From NCBI GenBank assembly GCA_965235115.1, contig OZ249436.1, forward strand, positions 40,364,001 through 40,428,000: a stretch of DNA of 64,000 nucleotides, given 5' to 3'. A program made the position numbers and the translations under genes. Shown one piece after another: positions 1 through 15,100 of the stretch. The notes under the pieces are model-generated. The model saw only the letters and a list, made by a program, of their open reading frames with translations. It was not told the DNA's origin and did no database searches. How positions within the stretch are numbered: position 1 is the first letter of the stretch; each line of letters opens with the position of its first letter. This DNA comes from Laetmonice hystrix. Its lineage: Eukaryota.

Positions 1-3000
1 GATATACCGAAATCATTATTATTATACCGGTATCTCGATAATACCGGGTACCGATATAGGGTGCACCATATCAAAGACACTTGTGAATTCCCCCCAAAGT
101 CAAGCAGGGCCGCAGTTAGAAATTTCTGAGGTGGGCCAGTCAAAGTCGCAGGAGCGAATCGAGGGATTTGTGAAAGGGTGCGGATCTGCCCCCCCCCCTG
201 CCATGCGAGCACCAAAAACTTGGGGTCCCTTCCCCCAGAAAGAAAAAAGAAAATTAAAGTGCCAAACGCGTTTTCCTGTAAATCTGCAAGGAGCATTTAT
301 TTATACAAACATATATTATGTATTTAAAGATATTTCAGATAATTGTGAAGGGAATAAATAGGCCTATGTATACGACAAAATTTCAGGTAATGAACAAGAT
401 ATTGCGTGGGGGGGGGGGGCTGATCCAGGCATTTGAGAAAGAGGGGTGCAGAGATATAGGTAAGGTAAACCCAGCGAACGCCGAAGGCCTAAGTTTATTT
501 CCAGGAAGGATAGATAGCTCTATATGGTAAGCTATACTAACCTCGGGGCCAAAAGTAGAAAATGGGATTGGGGGGGGGGGGGGGGGGATAAGGTAATTGG
601 TATTAAAATGTAGAAATAAGAAAAAGGTCCTTAGATCAGTTTTTTGGGGGTGGGAGGGTGACGATTTATTTTGATTATTTTGTTTTGGTAAGTCTGCCGT
701 ATCTATACTACGTCATGTTGTATTTGGTGACAGAGCTTTGGGCTGAGGTCTTATAGTGGTGCGTGAATTTCGATAGATTCCCTCCAGTCCACAGGCCGTG
801 CAGAGCAGAGTTTCTTAATGACCAGAATGGTGTGTTCAGACCGATGAGTGGCCCTATACCTCACCGCCTTACAATGGCAGAACGCCCACCACCCGTCTGG
901 AGCGAGGATCACCCACGGTGAAGTCCTTTTTAATGCCACGGCTTTCAGCTTGAAGACAAATAATGAGTCTAATGGGATGCTGAAAACAATGTATCCTTAA
1001 AACACCAAGGCATCACACCTTGAGTTGGAGAGGGTTTATACTTATCACATCTCCATTTCTAAGATGGAGTACGTTTTCCATTGTCATCTAACATAATTAT
1101 AATTTTATAGACAAATAAATCAACTAGAATTTGTCCTGAGATGTAATGCATGCAAGAAATGCATTAATCTGGTCCTCGTGGCAATAATATACCCCATAAT
1201 ATACCCCATAACGTAGGAGATATGGGTAGACGGGATCCGATGGAAGTTGCGTTGTTGAGAGACTTGGATCTCGTCTGTCTGCCAGGGAGTGGCTGATGAC
1301 ACCCTAGTGACAAATAGCGGGATGCATGCCAAGTGAGATTAAATTTGACAGGAACCCTGGGCCCTTCTTGGAGGTCGGGTTTCCATATTCATGATCCATT
1401 AAACGTGTCCCAGCCTCTTTACGGTATTGAATGGTCCAATCGTCCGGAACTTACTCAGGGCTTTCAAGGGATGGCCACTCTGTGGGACAGGACAGAGGTC
1501 TTTGGTGAAAGGATGGTGCAGTGACAGCCCGTGCCAGTGTATCTTGATGATCTATTGGTTGCTGGTACTATAATAGTTCAGTGATTCCCGATAAATTGCT
1601 GCCTCACCATCATAGCCGTCTGGGTCAAACGGGGCTGACAGGGAGAGTTGTTAGTGCCGCGGTGAGGAGGAAGGCGGGGCTACTGCATGGTCAGTCGCGG
1701 CAGAATGCCTCCATCTATCCGATGTCTTCCCTTCTCTGGCAGCATCAATGCATCAATTGATGTATGACGCTCGCAGACGACTCCGACAATAACTGCCAGA
1801 TCAACAATGGATCCAAGTCGTAAGGAGAGCTCAGATCACAAGATGGTGGATGATGGGCTCAGGAACATTATTACAGCCGGTCGTCTTCAACAGAAAATTG
1901 CGTATGCGAATGCTTTTTTCAAATCAGAAACTAATTCAGATGTATTATACAAGCAAGTAGAACTTGTTAGACTTTTGTTTCAAAATAGCAAACGAAATAT
2001 TTTGGTGTGATATAAGCACGTTATTGCGAGGTGTGCAAAGCAACACGCCTCGATCACATGCAAAGTTCCATCGTCTTCGCGCACTTATTGCAGTGATTGA
2101 CCCGCAATCTGCCTCAGAGATAAAATACTGCCATAGTGATCGTCAGAACAATCAATTTGTGCACCTGTTGTTCAACAAACTGGACGAGAACGCTCGGAGC
2201 TTGTTAGTTCACCTGGAGAAACCCACTCCTGTTGGACGGAAGCAAACATGGCCTGAGCGGCACTCATTACTTTTAAATGAGAACGTGCCATCGGGAGTTG
2301 GTGCTTTCATTAAGCGAAGACCTACAGGAGTAGGATTAAGACATGGAGAGTACAACAGGTCCAGAAGTTTGGAAGGGGGAGGGGGGGGGGTCCAGGGGGG
2401 TCTGGGAAAGGGGGGTCCAATATGGTCAATTCAGAAAGTTGTATGAGAAAAAACAATTGAAGTCAAAGGGGCCTGACCCTCCGATCTCAGGTTTTTGTCA
2501 ATAAAGGAACAAAATGAAAAGTGTCCGCCATTCTGAGATTACTTGAAATGGTCGCGGGCCCAGCAATTCTATTACCGTACCTAATTTAATTCGGTAAATA
2601 ATTTGGGGCGTGCACTTTATTTTAAAAAGAAAAAGAAAATGAAATATTGATCACTCAGATCCATTTAAAATGGAGGGTGACAGGTAGTTTTTTTTGCAAT
2701 ATTACAGAAAAGTTGATAAAGTTGCATAAACGTTTAGTAACATTCTAGGAACGTTATTTATATGCTGGGTATTTGTAAACACCAAATATGGAATTATAGT
2801 GATAAATCTCATAATCTAACTAAATACAATAATTTTGTTGGAACATCCGCCGGCTGTACCCCTTCTATTATGCCAATTTCAACTTCCCACGATGAGTGAG
2901 TCCTTTCCCCGACTTTCCATCCCTGCTTTTCCGATGTGAAGAGAATGCAATCATCTGTTAGCCTGATATTATTGATAGAAGTGCTCATTTCATCGATGTG

Positions 3001-3624
3001 GTCGTTAAACCTTTGGAGAGACTTCTGATGATCCCATGGGCAGTGTCAGCCCACCAGTTTTACCGAGAGACAACCTCTGAAACTGACACTGATCTTGATT
3101 ACAGTTGATGTATTACTTCAGAAAGAACTCATTGAAAAACAGAGGCAGGCAGACTAGGTAATGAATTAGTCCACTAGGAACGGCACTCACAGTGATAAAG
3201 TGATTGAAAAATATATTTCATTACCGTTTTGTCGAATTAGAGGCAGATCGTATTCGTGGAAAGAGAAATCTCGTAATTATTTCTTTAGATTACTGATAAA
3301 TGAAATGCCAAAATCAATTTAAAGTTTCTGTTAACGAAACATGATTCTGCGACTTTAGGTTGTGTGGTGAACAAGTTGCTTCCGCCTTCGTCTTATTTGA
3401 AAATTACCTGCTAGGTTACGTGAACATATCTCAGTAAGCTGGAAACTGATACTGTATTTACATACACCCTCTCAGTGTTGAACGTCTGTCCATATCAATG
3501 TTCATTTCCTGTATTATGTTGGGGCTTTTTTGAACAAGCATTCCAGGAACCTTGAGGTGGAACTTTTTTGAAAGATGATAGCACAGTCTTATCTCTAATG
3601 GTAGTATTGTGATACAGTCTATAG

Positions 3625-3739
3625 ACTACGAGACACGAGATAAAGATCTATGATTGGTTTGTTCTTACTGGCTTCATCTTCGTCATAGACAGGCCTCATT
3701 ATAACATTGTTCTGTCTGCATGTTCCTGCAGCGGTACAG
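3625..3739 (+). CDS. Possible upstream exon of the tolloid-like gene
   Basis: tctatag| acceptor and an open frame (..IYDWFVLTGFIFVIDRPHYNIVLSACSCSGT) ending ACAG|gtatag in phase 1, which matches the phase of exon 6155. No diagnostic motif. Confidence 0.25.
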
Positions 3740-4290
3740 GTATAGATCATTAGTTTCTAAGCTAGTGATTTATAATGGAAATAACATTCCCAGGTATGCT
3801 GGACGTCTGCAAAAGACAACAGGCAACGAGACCTCTTTGATGATACGGTTGTATTAAGTTACCCTTTGATATGAACGGCGGCGCATGGAGACATACAGGC
3901 AAAGTTGTGATTAACATGTATATCAATCCATCCTTGAAGTGCTAAAGCCAGATTGGATAGAATAGCACGTTTGGAAGGTTGAACCACTCCCTTTTCCTAG
4001 AACTATCCCTATATCCTCTAGATTTCCTATATTATAGGTGTTTCAGAGAAAAGCCAACCCACGTTGCCAAACCACGTTGGCGTACGAACAAGAATAAGTT
4101 TTTTTTTCTACATAGAGGTGTGTTACCATCTGGCTACAAATTACAATGTACTTGAGGGCAATTGCGATAATCTGAAACCGTACGAAAAGAAAACAAAGTC
4201 TGCTTTCTTGTGCAGAGAAGACATTTCAGAATATCTTGCTGCCGATGGAAGACCCCCAGTCAGCTTTATGTTTAATTTCATATAATAAAT

Positions 4291-4559
4291 CAGTGGCGTA
4301 TCCAGAATTTTTTTAAGGGGGGTTTCCGAAGTTTAGGTACTTCAGAGATGGCCATTAAGCCATGCTCCTCTTGGAAATTTAACAAAAAGACATCAAGTAA
4401 TGCAATCTCGGGACATCTTGTGTGGAAATATGAATGTTTCCTTTGGTGAAAATAATGCATTTTACACCCCCTTTTTTACTAAAATGTCCTTAACAAAGTA
4501 TTTTTTAAGGGGGGGGGGGGGGGTCCGGGATATTTGGAAACCCCCTGGATACGCCACTG
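4291..4559. mobile_element. MITE, hAT-like, 5-bp TSD
   Basis: TIR cagtggcgtatccag / ctggatacgccactg; TAAAT on both sides. Confidence 0.75.
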
Positions 4560-6154
4560 TAAATGGAAAAGAGTTTTAGAGTTGCAAAATATGGCACGAA
4601 GACCGAAGACGAAGACCGCACTGCGTCCTAAAAATTTCGACGAACGCAGCCGGGGACGTGGTCAGAATGGAAAAATGTGCAGTTTTCAAGTTCATACTAC
4701 GTCCTCACTGCGTCCCTGCCAGTGCGTACCACGTCAAATGCGTTCTTAATACGACCAATCAGATCGCACTACGCGCTCACCACGTTCTCACTGCGTCCGA
4801 CCTTCCTCATAAATACAATGTACTGCGACACGCGCTGCGCTTTTTCATTCGTTCTGCAGTGTTTTATTTTGTCCACATGAGAACGACATGCATTCTTTCC
4901 CGTCCGGGCCACGCTTGTACGACGTCAATGAAGTGCCTACTATAGGTTTTAGTTACGTCATTACTACGTCAGTGCAGTCGTTACTACGTCCTTATTAAGT
5001 TCTTACTGCGTCCTGATTCGCACACGTCCTCACTACGTTTTTTTAGACCATGTCCAAAGTTCAACCACGTTCTCCACGTCCATGACGACCATACCACGTC
5101 CTTTGCGGTTTCTACTGCGTTCCTACTACGCTGTACAAGTTCTGCTCCCACCTTGATTTGGGAGGACGCCGTGGGGACGTGGCTGAGTTTGATAGGGGTA
5201 TAGGAGGGTTTACAATTAGTTTCACTCTTTTCGAGCCAGTATCTGCTGTTGGTATCAGTTCAAGCAGGGCAGGTTCAGCCTAGGCCTACTCCTCTAACCG
5301 GTGTGTAAAGGGATTCATCAACAGCCCCTCAATAGATGCTTCACAACGAATAGCATGTTTGATCACGGCAATGTACGAGCTCATGCATGAAACCCCATCA
5401 AAGAGTTGCCAGACAGCAGAGTGTCAACTCATTCCACTGTTTCACGATAAAACTCGATGGAAGAGCTAATCGGGACAGAGGAAATCAAAGCACGCATCGC
5501 AGATCTACATTTGCCTACAATATAACCTTATTCTATTTTCATAATGTTTTATATAAATAAATCACCGTCATGAAGATTTACGTGTTGAAACCTGATTTTA
5601 TATTTAAGGCCTGCATTGATTGCGATATCCGTATCAGTAAACTGTTTCGCAAGTAATCTTGTTTCCAGTCTTTTTTGGAAAGCAGGCTTTATGTGAGCTG
5701 CGTGTAGAGGATTTGAAAGATTCCAATATAATAATCGACCTATTATTATGTTAACCCTCCACACATCAATCAGGGAAGAAATTTAATTTGCGACCTTTTG
5801 GGATTTAAACTATCATATTACAAACATCAACAATTATTTCTTTTGTGAAATCACAGTGCAATGGTTGATTTTTGTAAGAAATTATCATAGATGACCTTAT
5901 GAATCGATAGCAATTTGATTCAGAAATGAAAAAAAACTGTCTTTACATTAAATTTGAATCCCAACGTAGATCTGTAATTAGTGACATCCTTCATTTGCTT
6001 CAAGTCTCTGCATGACACTGCCTCTTTTTTTAACGCAGCGTAATGATAACAATCCAGAAGTTTCTTGTAGCTTAGGTTTCCCATGATTGATAGTGCTGGA
6101 CCATAGGTCATAGCAAGGGTACTACCAGTGGATTGTGTTTGATGCACGTTACAG

Positions 6155-9100
6155 ATGTCGTGGTAGTGGAGGGCGACATCTACGTCACCCGGGGCGACCT
6201 CAAGCAGTTAGGCCAGCAGGAGAACTGGAGGAGGAGGCCACACCCATCTGGTACAGCACTGGAGGAGGCCTACATACCGGTCACATCTCACCGACTGCTG
6301 CCGCGCCGCCATGGAGGAAAACAGGTCAGTGTCTCCGTGAGGGCAGTAACGTCACGCTGGCATCTTGTGACGTCTGCTTATAAGATTTGTAAGTTAGGGG
6401 TTAAATTTGTTGTTTTCTCAGCAAGGCAAGAACCTGATGGAATATTTGAGAAATACGGCTCTAATTTGTTGGATAAATTACTCAGCAGAACCGGAATATT
6501 TGGAAGTCAAGAAAAAAGGGAAAACGGAGGACATGTAACTTGATCTATAATGAGCGTGTAATTGGCCGTTCTTCTAAAACCTTAATTAGGTTTAAGATTG
6601 AACCACGTCTCCCCCCCCCCCCATCACTGTAGTCCACATGGACATTTCTGTGTTCGTGGAATCTGCCCCAGATCTGCCTCAGTATACACAAACAAATAGA
6701 GCTAACTAGCCAAAAATAAAGTCTGTGCCAAAAACAAACCGAAACGAACAAAAAAAGGAGAAAAGTGGAAAACGAACAAGTATGCATACAATTGCACCTA
6801 TACACTCAGATGTCGACAATCACAATCCAGGAAATTTACATGGTTTAATATCTGGGTGTGTGTTTCTGTATAGATTTGTGTATGTGTGGACACGTATTTT
6901 TGGTGTTTCATGATACGGTGGATAGAACCAGCAGACCAGGTTGTACTCGGTACATTGCATACCCAGACCTTGCTCTCCACCCCACCGCCCCTCCCTGTTA
7001 GCTAGATCACAGCGAGATCCCCGACTGTCATCCACACTTGCCATCTCACAGCAGGCACCTTGGCACCCGATTGATTATTCTGTTATCAGCTGCTAAAAAC
7101 TAATTTATCATCATCTTATCCCCGCTCTTTTTTTTCTGTTTCTGAGTGAAAAATGAATCGATACATCATGTCAGTGTTGGCTGGTGGTCGACCGTCGGTT
7201 CCCATAAAAGAGAGGTGTTTGCTGGTAGCCAGGCAACATTCATTGTCTGAAAGACTTACCAAACGGGAACCAAGATATTTTCATAATCATTTTTATTTTT
7301 TAAAGGATCTACTCCATTGCCAAGAACATGAAATTTCTGTTAGAGTTAACAACTTCAAAGATACATAAAGACGACCAGAGCCAAGAGGTGTTTCTGGGGA
7401 AAATAGTTTTCCAAGGTTCAATTATTGTTGTCTGTGTTGATTATGAGATGTGTCCTCGGAATTCAATGGTATCGTAAGAAGTTATCGCCACTCCTAGTTT
7501 GCAAAAGACATTACTATTCTTTGAGCAGATTTTAAAAGGTTTCAAGACCATGGAGGCGCCATTTTAACATTTTCGGTGCCATTTCATAGTTAGTGCGAGG
7601 AAATTAGGGACAAACATTCTGTAGATATGTCCGGTTCACAAACACGTACGTCATCATAAACTTCAGTTTGAGCCCCCAAGTCTTGAGCTGACTTGTCTTC
7701 AGCAGGAGTCCAGGTTCATTAACACGTCGTGGCTGAAACTTGTTATAGTGAACGGGGACTCGTAGGAGCGGGGGCATTATTGTGGGATCTATAGGTGGAC
7801 TTTTTCTTTGTGTTGGTATTTTATCATTCTTCACTGTCGGAGAGATTATCTGCATGGTGTGCAGGTCACCTAGGCTATAGCGATATATCCCAAATTTAGA
7901 TTAAAGAGAGCCTTGGGCCTTTATTTGATCTTGGTGCGTGAACCAGAATTGTAGGCCTACTTTCGGCTTCCTGAGATCCGTCGATCAGACCATCAGGAAG
8001 TCAATCCAGGTTTCCAATCAGACTCTGTAGACCATTGTCCCACCCACTTCTTCTGCCTCAGTCTCTTTCTTGGAATTGTACACCTGACGTGTTTAGCAAT
8101 CGACAATGTCATCTGGTCGACTTCCTCCAAAGTACGGTCCATTCATGTCGTATTAATTACACCTGACGTGTTTAACAATCGACAATGTCATCTGGTAGAG
8201 TTCCTCCAATGTACTATTACACCTGTATTAATTACACCTGACGTGTTTAACAATCGACATTGTCATCTGGTAGACTTCCTCCAATGTACGGTCCATTCAT
8301 GTCGTATTAATTACACCTGACGTGTTTAACAATCGACATTGTCATCTGGTAGAGTTCCTCCAATGTACGGTCCATTCATGTCGTATTAATTACACCTGAC
8401 GTGTTTAACAATCGACTTTGTCATCTGGTAGAGTTCCTCCAATGTACGGTCCATTCATGTCGTATTTATTACACCTGACGTGTTTAACAATCGACAATGT
8501 CATCTGGTAGACTTCCTCCAATGTACGGTCCATTCATGTCGTATTAATTACACCTGACGTGTTTAACAATCGACATTGTCATCTGGTAAACTTCCTTCAA
8601 TGTACGGTCCATTCATGTATTAATTACACCTGACGTGTTTAACATTGGACAATGTCATCTGGTAGAGTTCCTCCAATGTACTATTACACCTGTATTAATT
8701 ACACCTGACGTGTTTAGCAATCGACTTTGTCATCTGGTAGAGTTCCTCCAATGTACGGTCCATTCATGTCGTATTAATTAAACCTGACGTGTTTAACAAT
8801 CGACAATGTCATCTGGTAGAGTTCCTCCAATGTACGGTCCATTCATGTCGTATTAATTAAGTCCAATCTCTAGTTGTTCAATGGCTTCCGAAACCGTCGT
8901 TTTCCATGGGTCCATACGAATATATTGAGAGCAGGATTTACGTTGGCGTTGGATAACATAGGCCCTAATGAATGCTCTAAGGAATTTAAATTTCATTTAG
9001 GTTTTTTATAAGAGAGATGGTTGTTGTGTATGGTTGTTGTGTAGGCCTTGTTAACTTTATGTAGATTAGGCCCTATATATTCACTTCTATATATATTATG

Positions 9101-12100
9101 AAAGCATTTATAATGTGCGGACATGAAAGCTAAAACAGAACGAAACGGACAGGGCAGTTTCTTCAGATGACAGTTTGTTAGGGCCGATTTTACAACCTGA
9201 GTGGGTCAAACACAAGAGGCACAGATCAATGGGTGGTTTAACGTGATCCCGAACACGGCAACTCCAGATTAAAATGCAATGTCATGATCTGGGTGTCGAA
9301 CCCACCAGTTCCCGTCGGTAAGGCCGCTTGATTAACAGTTTAATGAAATAGAGTTGGGGACGGCGCCTACGTGACAGAGATACTGGCCCACCCAGGTCCT
9401 AGCGTCTGGTGCGGGTCGCCCATTATTACTGTGGGTGGGGTGGGTGAGGCGGGGCGGGGCGGGGCGGGGCGGGTAGGGTGGGTGGGGTGGGTGGGGCGGA
9501 GCGGCTGACTCAGCGGTTGTCGCCACAAAACCCCGCCACAGACGAGCTACAGACGCCATGTGGGCAGACACACCCGATAATGTTGTGATCATCTTTCATA
9601 CCCATCTTTCATCTTTCAACCAGGTGTGGGATTGTGTTAAGTTTGTATGAATATTTAGACAAGGAATAACGGTTGGGTCCATCAGCAATAGAGTCATTCC
9701 TAGATATGTGTAGGACTCAAGAAACAGAAATATGACATGGGGTGTGGGAGTAGGTCCTATAGGTAGTTGTTGGTTTAGTAGAAGGTCGATTGCGATTACG
9801 ATTGGTAAGAATGGAGCCATTTAGGCGAAGTAGGCCTACGTCTAATTGACATATCAACATGACTGAGATCTGTATAGTCATCACCATCAACCTCTCTCCG
9901 TGTCAATGTTTTCTTTTGAAAGTTCTCCTAAATCTTACGTCCTCTGAAAGCTGCCCGCCCTGCCCTCTCCTACTACGTCAAGAAATCATAGCGACCTACA
10001 GTAGCCAGATATGTCATAGATAAGAGCGGGATGAGTAGGACCTCCCCACCCTTTTTTTTAACATGACGTGCCCTTGGAGTGAAATACCACCCCAGTATAT
10101 ATGACACAGCAGTAGACAGATAGGCTGGCGTTTTCCACCCACTATCACCATTTTACAACTTCTGTTTCGGAAATATTACCTTTTAACTGCTGCACGTAAC
10201 ACTTCTCGCCTTACATGTTTACTTTACGTAAGCCTGCACCGTTTGGTTCAAACAGGCGGATTATTTATGGAGGAGGAAGTTGAACTAGACACAACTCGGA
10301 TTAAGTCCAAAGAAACGGCGGATAATTCCTGATGCTAGCAGATTTTCCTGCCGCGGTTCACACACATGATTGCCCACATTGCAGCTGCTACCGCTGCTGC
10401 TTGTGGATCACGTGGGAAGACATACACGACGTGATCCCACATCTCTGACCCTGTGACCTTTACGGATGGTGGGTGGGCACAATAATAGAATAGCAAATAT
10501 GTTTTTTTATTTGCTGTCAGTCTCATTGACACGAAGCGTCTGTGATAGCCTATAACCTAAGGTTGTGCGGTGAACATGGCAGGTTGCATTGGCCGTGACC
10601 AGGCCATGCGAGCCATGGTCCAGCACGTCCAAACGGACCAAACACCCAAGGTCATCCACAGGGGCCGTGATCGGGAAATCTCGTTAGGTTTCGCCAGCGA
10701 TTTATTTAAAAATTAAACGAATATATGAAGTTTAATTATAATCATACTAGTGCTACTTTAGGTCACGAAGTAGTGTGGCTTAAGGCTTGTGGCTTGAGCG
10801 TAGATTCCTCAGTTTTCAACAGCGCCGGAAAGTTAATCTTTCCGTCCCAAAGGGGGGGAATAAATGTGGTCATTAGGCCTAATATTACAATCCATCGTCT
10901 TCATGTAGGCATATGACACATTGCAGTTGGTACGAGTGCCCCCATGGCTGCGTGCTCTGATGGCACCGAACCAAGGGTGGGCCACACTACTTCGTGACCT
11001 AAAGTAGCACTAGTATGATTATAATTAAACTTCATATATTCGTTTAATTTTTAAATCATACCACGTGACTACTTAAAGTAGGTCACGAACGTGTGGCTTC
11101 TTCATTTCGTGCGAAAGATTAACTGACGCTGGCTTAATTCATGAATACGGATACTTGCTCCCAAGAGAACTTCGAAAGTAAGAGGGGGAGTCAATACTGA
11201 TCCGTAATAACTTAATATATTCTCCATCTAACACCTAACCTCATGCTGTGTTATAGATGTGAGGTTATTGTGCCCCCCCCCCTTGTTGCCCCAAGTATGG
11301 CGGCAGGGTGGGATGGGGGGGAATATTGTGCAAGATCAATGCTCCAATGGGAGGAGCCGACAACTATAGTGTGTCGAATCACAGTTTGATTGGTTTCTGG
11401 TGCGTGCCCATGAGAGCACAGCAGCAAGACTACAGAACTAAACGTAATCCGATATAGTGATGGTCCCTATTAACGTTTCCCACACTTCCGGTTGTAAGGT
11501 TGGGATAAAGTTTGTGACAGTGGGGAAATGCAACGGTCGTTCATAAACCCGTGCGGGCGTGGAGGTCGCACTCCACCCCGCAGCATCCAAGATTAAGTGT
11601 ACTGTCAGGACACATTATACGTCTTGCGTACCGCATTCGTGCATGTGTACGCTGAGTGCCCACACCCCTGCCCCGTGTTTGTTTAAGAACACCATGTCCA
11701 CTGACGGCTGGGCGTGAGGCGGTGTGATGGTGCCTGTAATATACTGTCACGCAGCCTGCATGAGGTCAATGTCACAATGACACAGACAGTAAAGGCTGAG
11801 TTCGTCCACCTCGTATTTTACAAATGCAGGGATAAGGATTTTCTTAGGGATTTATTTGTTTGTAATTTGGACGAATAAATTAACGATAGCGCAGAATCAG
11901 CGCCCAAGTAATTTCCCGAGCCTACCGTCGTCACACCGGGAAGGAGGCCTACGTATGCCTACGAAGGCAGAGTCGCAGCCTAGACGGTAGACCATGTATA
12001 TATTATGTAAAGAGGTTTTCCGTAGTGCCGTCGGGCAGGAAGGGGAGAAACAATTGGGTAAATTGTCCCACATCGTCGGTTTCTCGATCCGTACGGTCAG

Positions 12101-15100
12101 CGCAATTTTGGGATTGTTCTTCAGTATGTGTGATATGAGCACAATAAACGTACTTGCCCAATGTTGGGCGCTATGTAGACTCCTGTCAATGGATAGGCAG
12201 TGCAAGCGATCACACTTCCAGATCTGAATCATCAAACGAGTGTCAAGTCAGGTCGGCTGATCGAAGTCATCAAACTAGTGCAAAGTCAGGTCGGCAAGGA
12301 AGAGGGGAATCCTGACTTTCTTGCGGAGGTTTGTTCGATGTCGGAGTCCACCGTCTGAGGTAAAGTTTGATTCGGATGCTAATGTTCCAGTAGGTCGCCA
12401 TAGTCTGCCGAGGTTGGTCAAAGTTATAGGCGTTGGTATTGTTTGTCCCTAAATGGCTGGGAGGGCGATTTAGTCAACCCACTGGTTAACTGTGAGGTCT
12501 TGTAGCATGTCATGGGATGCTCGGTTTCAAAAGCCGATTAAAACGACCTGTCCCTGTTACAGTGCACAGTTTTCACTAAAGCTTGATTCATTTTGGAAGG
12601 GACCCCTACGGTATAGGTTATTACCGAAGGGCGCATTTCCAACTTCGCGTAACCCTTCAACAGGTGTTGCAGGAAGTAGGACCTAGTCATGTATTCGTAG
12701 AAATCTCTCTACGAACCGTCCATCGACCCAATCATGACAGTGCATTGTGGGGAGCCATTAGCTAGCGGATATGTATACCGTCACGTGCTCCAAAGTTAAA
12801 ATGCCTAGAACCAGAGGCTGGAATTTCGCTTTGTTCTCTGTCAAATAAATCAGCTGGACAACGGCAACGTCGCAAACTAGAGCCTAGCACACTGACCAAT
12901 CATCGCCGATCTGAAGGTGGCCAACACACATCCAAAGTTTTGGATCGTTGCGATTCGCGTCGGCATTGTTGCGATAAATAAATCGGCGATGACCCCAGCG
13001 CCTTGCATGTCGCCGTTGCCATCGCCGATAAACCAGCTCGGCGATAGGCTATCGGGGGGATACTTTCGTAGTGTGCTACTAGCATTAGCGGAAGATCGGT
13101 AGATAGAGAGGGATTAATGCGATCTATCCTGTCTGAACACAGCTGTGATCTAGGCATACTTCTAAAAACTCAGCGAGCAAAAGAGGTGGATGGACGAGCA
13201 TTCAAACTGATAACACTCTTAAAGTGTTGTTCTAATGAGCCAAGATTAGCTATATAGACTACGCGGTATCGTACATGTTTAAGGAAAGTATGGTGAACTG
13301 CTAAGCTATGAGCCGCAGTGAACGGGCGTGTAGTGTAGGTTGCCTGTAGGCTGTGGATTGTTTAGGCCAAACACCCAACACCTGTATACTTGCGCGTCAG
13401 TAAGAGCAAGGCGAAGTTAACTGTTCCCAACAGACATTTGAGGACGGAGATCACAGATAGTTTTGTGTCATCATAGGCCCTCAAACAGAGAGCAAGTCCG
13501 CAGGTCCACCTGTACGCTGTTCACAGAGCATCCAATAGGCTCAATATGCATTTAGCATATATCAGTGTGTTAAGTATGCCAGTATTATCAGGAGGCTATA
13601 AACTCCCACTGCATAATGCGTACGTGTCATGTGAATGGCGGACGAACCTGTCATTCCATGATAACTTGGCCTGTAGGCCTACCAATCGGCACCCCACTCT
13701 CCGCGGTGGGTATTGCATCATCATATGTACTTGGTGGGTCAGCTTGGTTCGCCATGGCCAAGGCATTATGGTCCCGTAATTCTGTATAGTAGTCCGGCTA
13801 GCAATTCAGTTTCTAGTTCTTCTACCGATAAGTAATGGAGGTCACTTCACAACAACTTAGCAGCCTAGAGAGAGGACGTAGCGGGTCCTATACATTTGTA
13901 ATTATTGTATAGGCGAGTAATTATGTACCCAGGCCGTAATGTTTTGCCGCACACAGTGGTAGCGCCTGTACAAGTACATGTTACATTGTACTAGGCATGC
14001 ACAAACTAGCATGTTGATTTAAATTTGTTATGATACCGATAATGTGTCGGGCTTTCACGGAATAGTGTACATGTAAAGGTATTAGCCGGTTTCTACTAGT
14101 TCACGTCAGTAGTTCAGCATCCAGTAGTTTTAGAGTACTGTAACCTGAGTGGTGTTGAGTAGCGGTAGTCAGCTTGGCTTGACCACGTGCTTGGAGCTCC
14201 ATAACCTTAATAAAGGTGGGACCGTGATCTGCCGGCCTCGGGGTAACGGCATCTAACGAGGCCTGGTGCCCTGCTGTGTTAACAGGGGTGGGGCAGAGCC
14301 CTCCCACGGCTAGCCGGTAGGCAGGCCCAAGACAACTGTCCTGGTCATCACCAGTCTCAGTGGTCCTGAGAGTTGGGGGATACAGCGTGTTGTCTCAATG
14401 GTGCAGCAGTCATTGCTGGCTGGTTCTCTGTCTCACCCTCTCTGTCTGTCATTGATGGTTGGAGAAGCACATCCAAAAGCTAACTAGTCATAATGCGTGA
14501 TGCCGAACTTCACGAACCGTCTGCAACGAAACAGTCTGCAGAGGACTTTGCCAGACCCCACTGTCTATTTAAGGTTAGGCTTAGCCAACTAGGGACTCCC
14601 ACATATGGCGCCAACTCCGTACCGTAAGATCAGGACATTAGGATAGGGCACACAGTCCTAAACATCACAGTGAGGCCCATAAGGTCAAGGGTTTGTCATT
14701 GGGAAGGCAAAACCCAGGTGGACGTCAATTGACTCCAAACGTTCGCCACACGGTCAATTCTTGTTCGGGCTCTGCTTGACGTAAAGAGCGATAGTCCGAC
14801 CGTGCGTGTGATGTTACTAGGGGCGCAGACCGAGTCATCTTGATTTGGTTGTTTCGCCAGGGCTACCCTCCTATATTGGTAGATAATATAAACCTGGGTG
14901 GTCAGCCAGGGAGGGCCCCTGGACCTCGGCTGTGACAGAGGCATGTTGACGCCACCATCTATGAGGAGTCCTCCGAACTGGGGGTTTGGAACCATTTTAT
15001 TGTTTTATTGGTAGTGTGGGATGACATATATTCAGGCCTGCTAGGGCCTGGCAGAGTCGCCCGTCACACATGGCCCGTGTCAGTCTCGGTCACCCGACTC

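Noticed and set aside
1964..2446. 160-aa ORF
   Set aside because: Non-ATG start, no recognisable motif, and it runs into a poly-G repeat.
11897..12235. 112-aa ORF as a DIRS recombinase or methyltransferase remnant
   Set aside because: No RHRY or other DIRS motif recognisable by eye; needs an HMM search to exclude fully.
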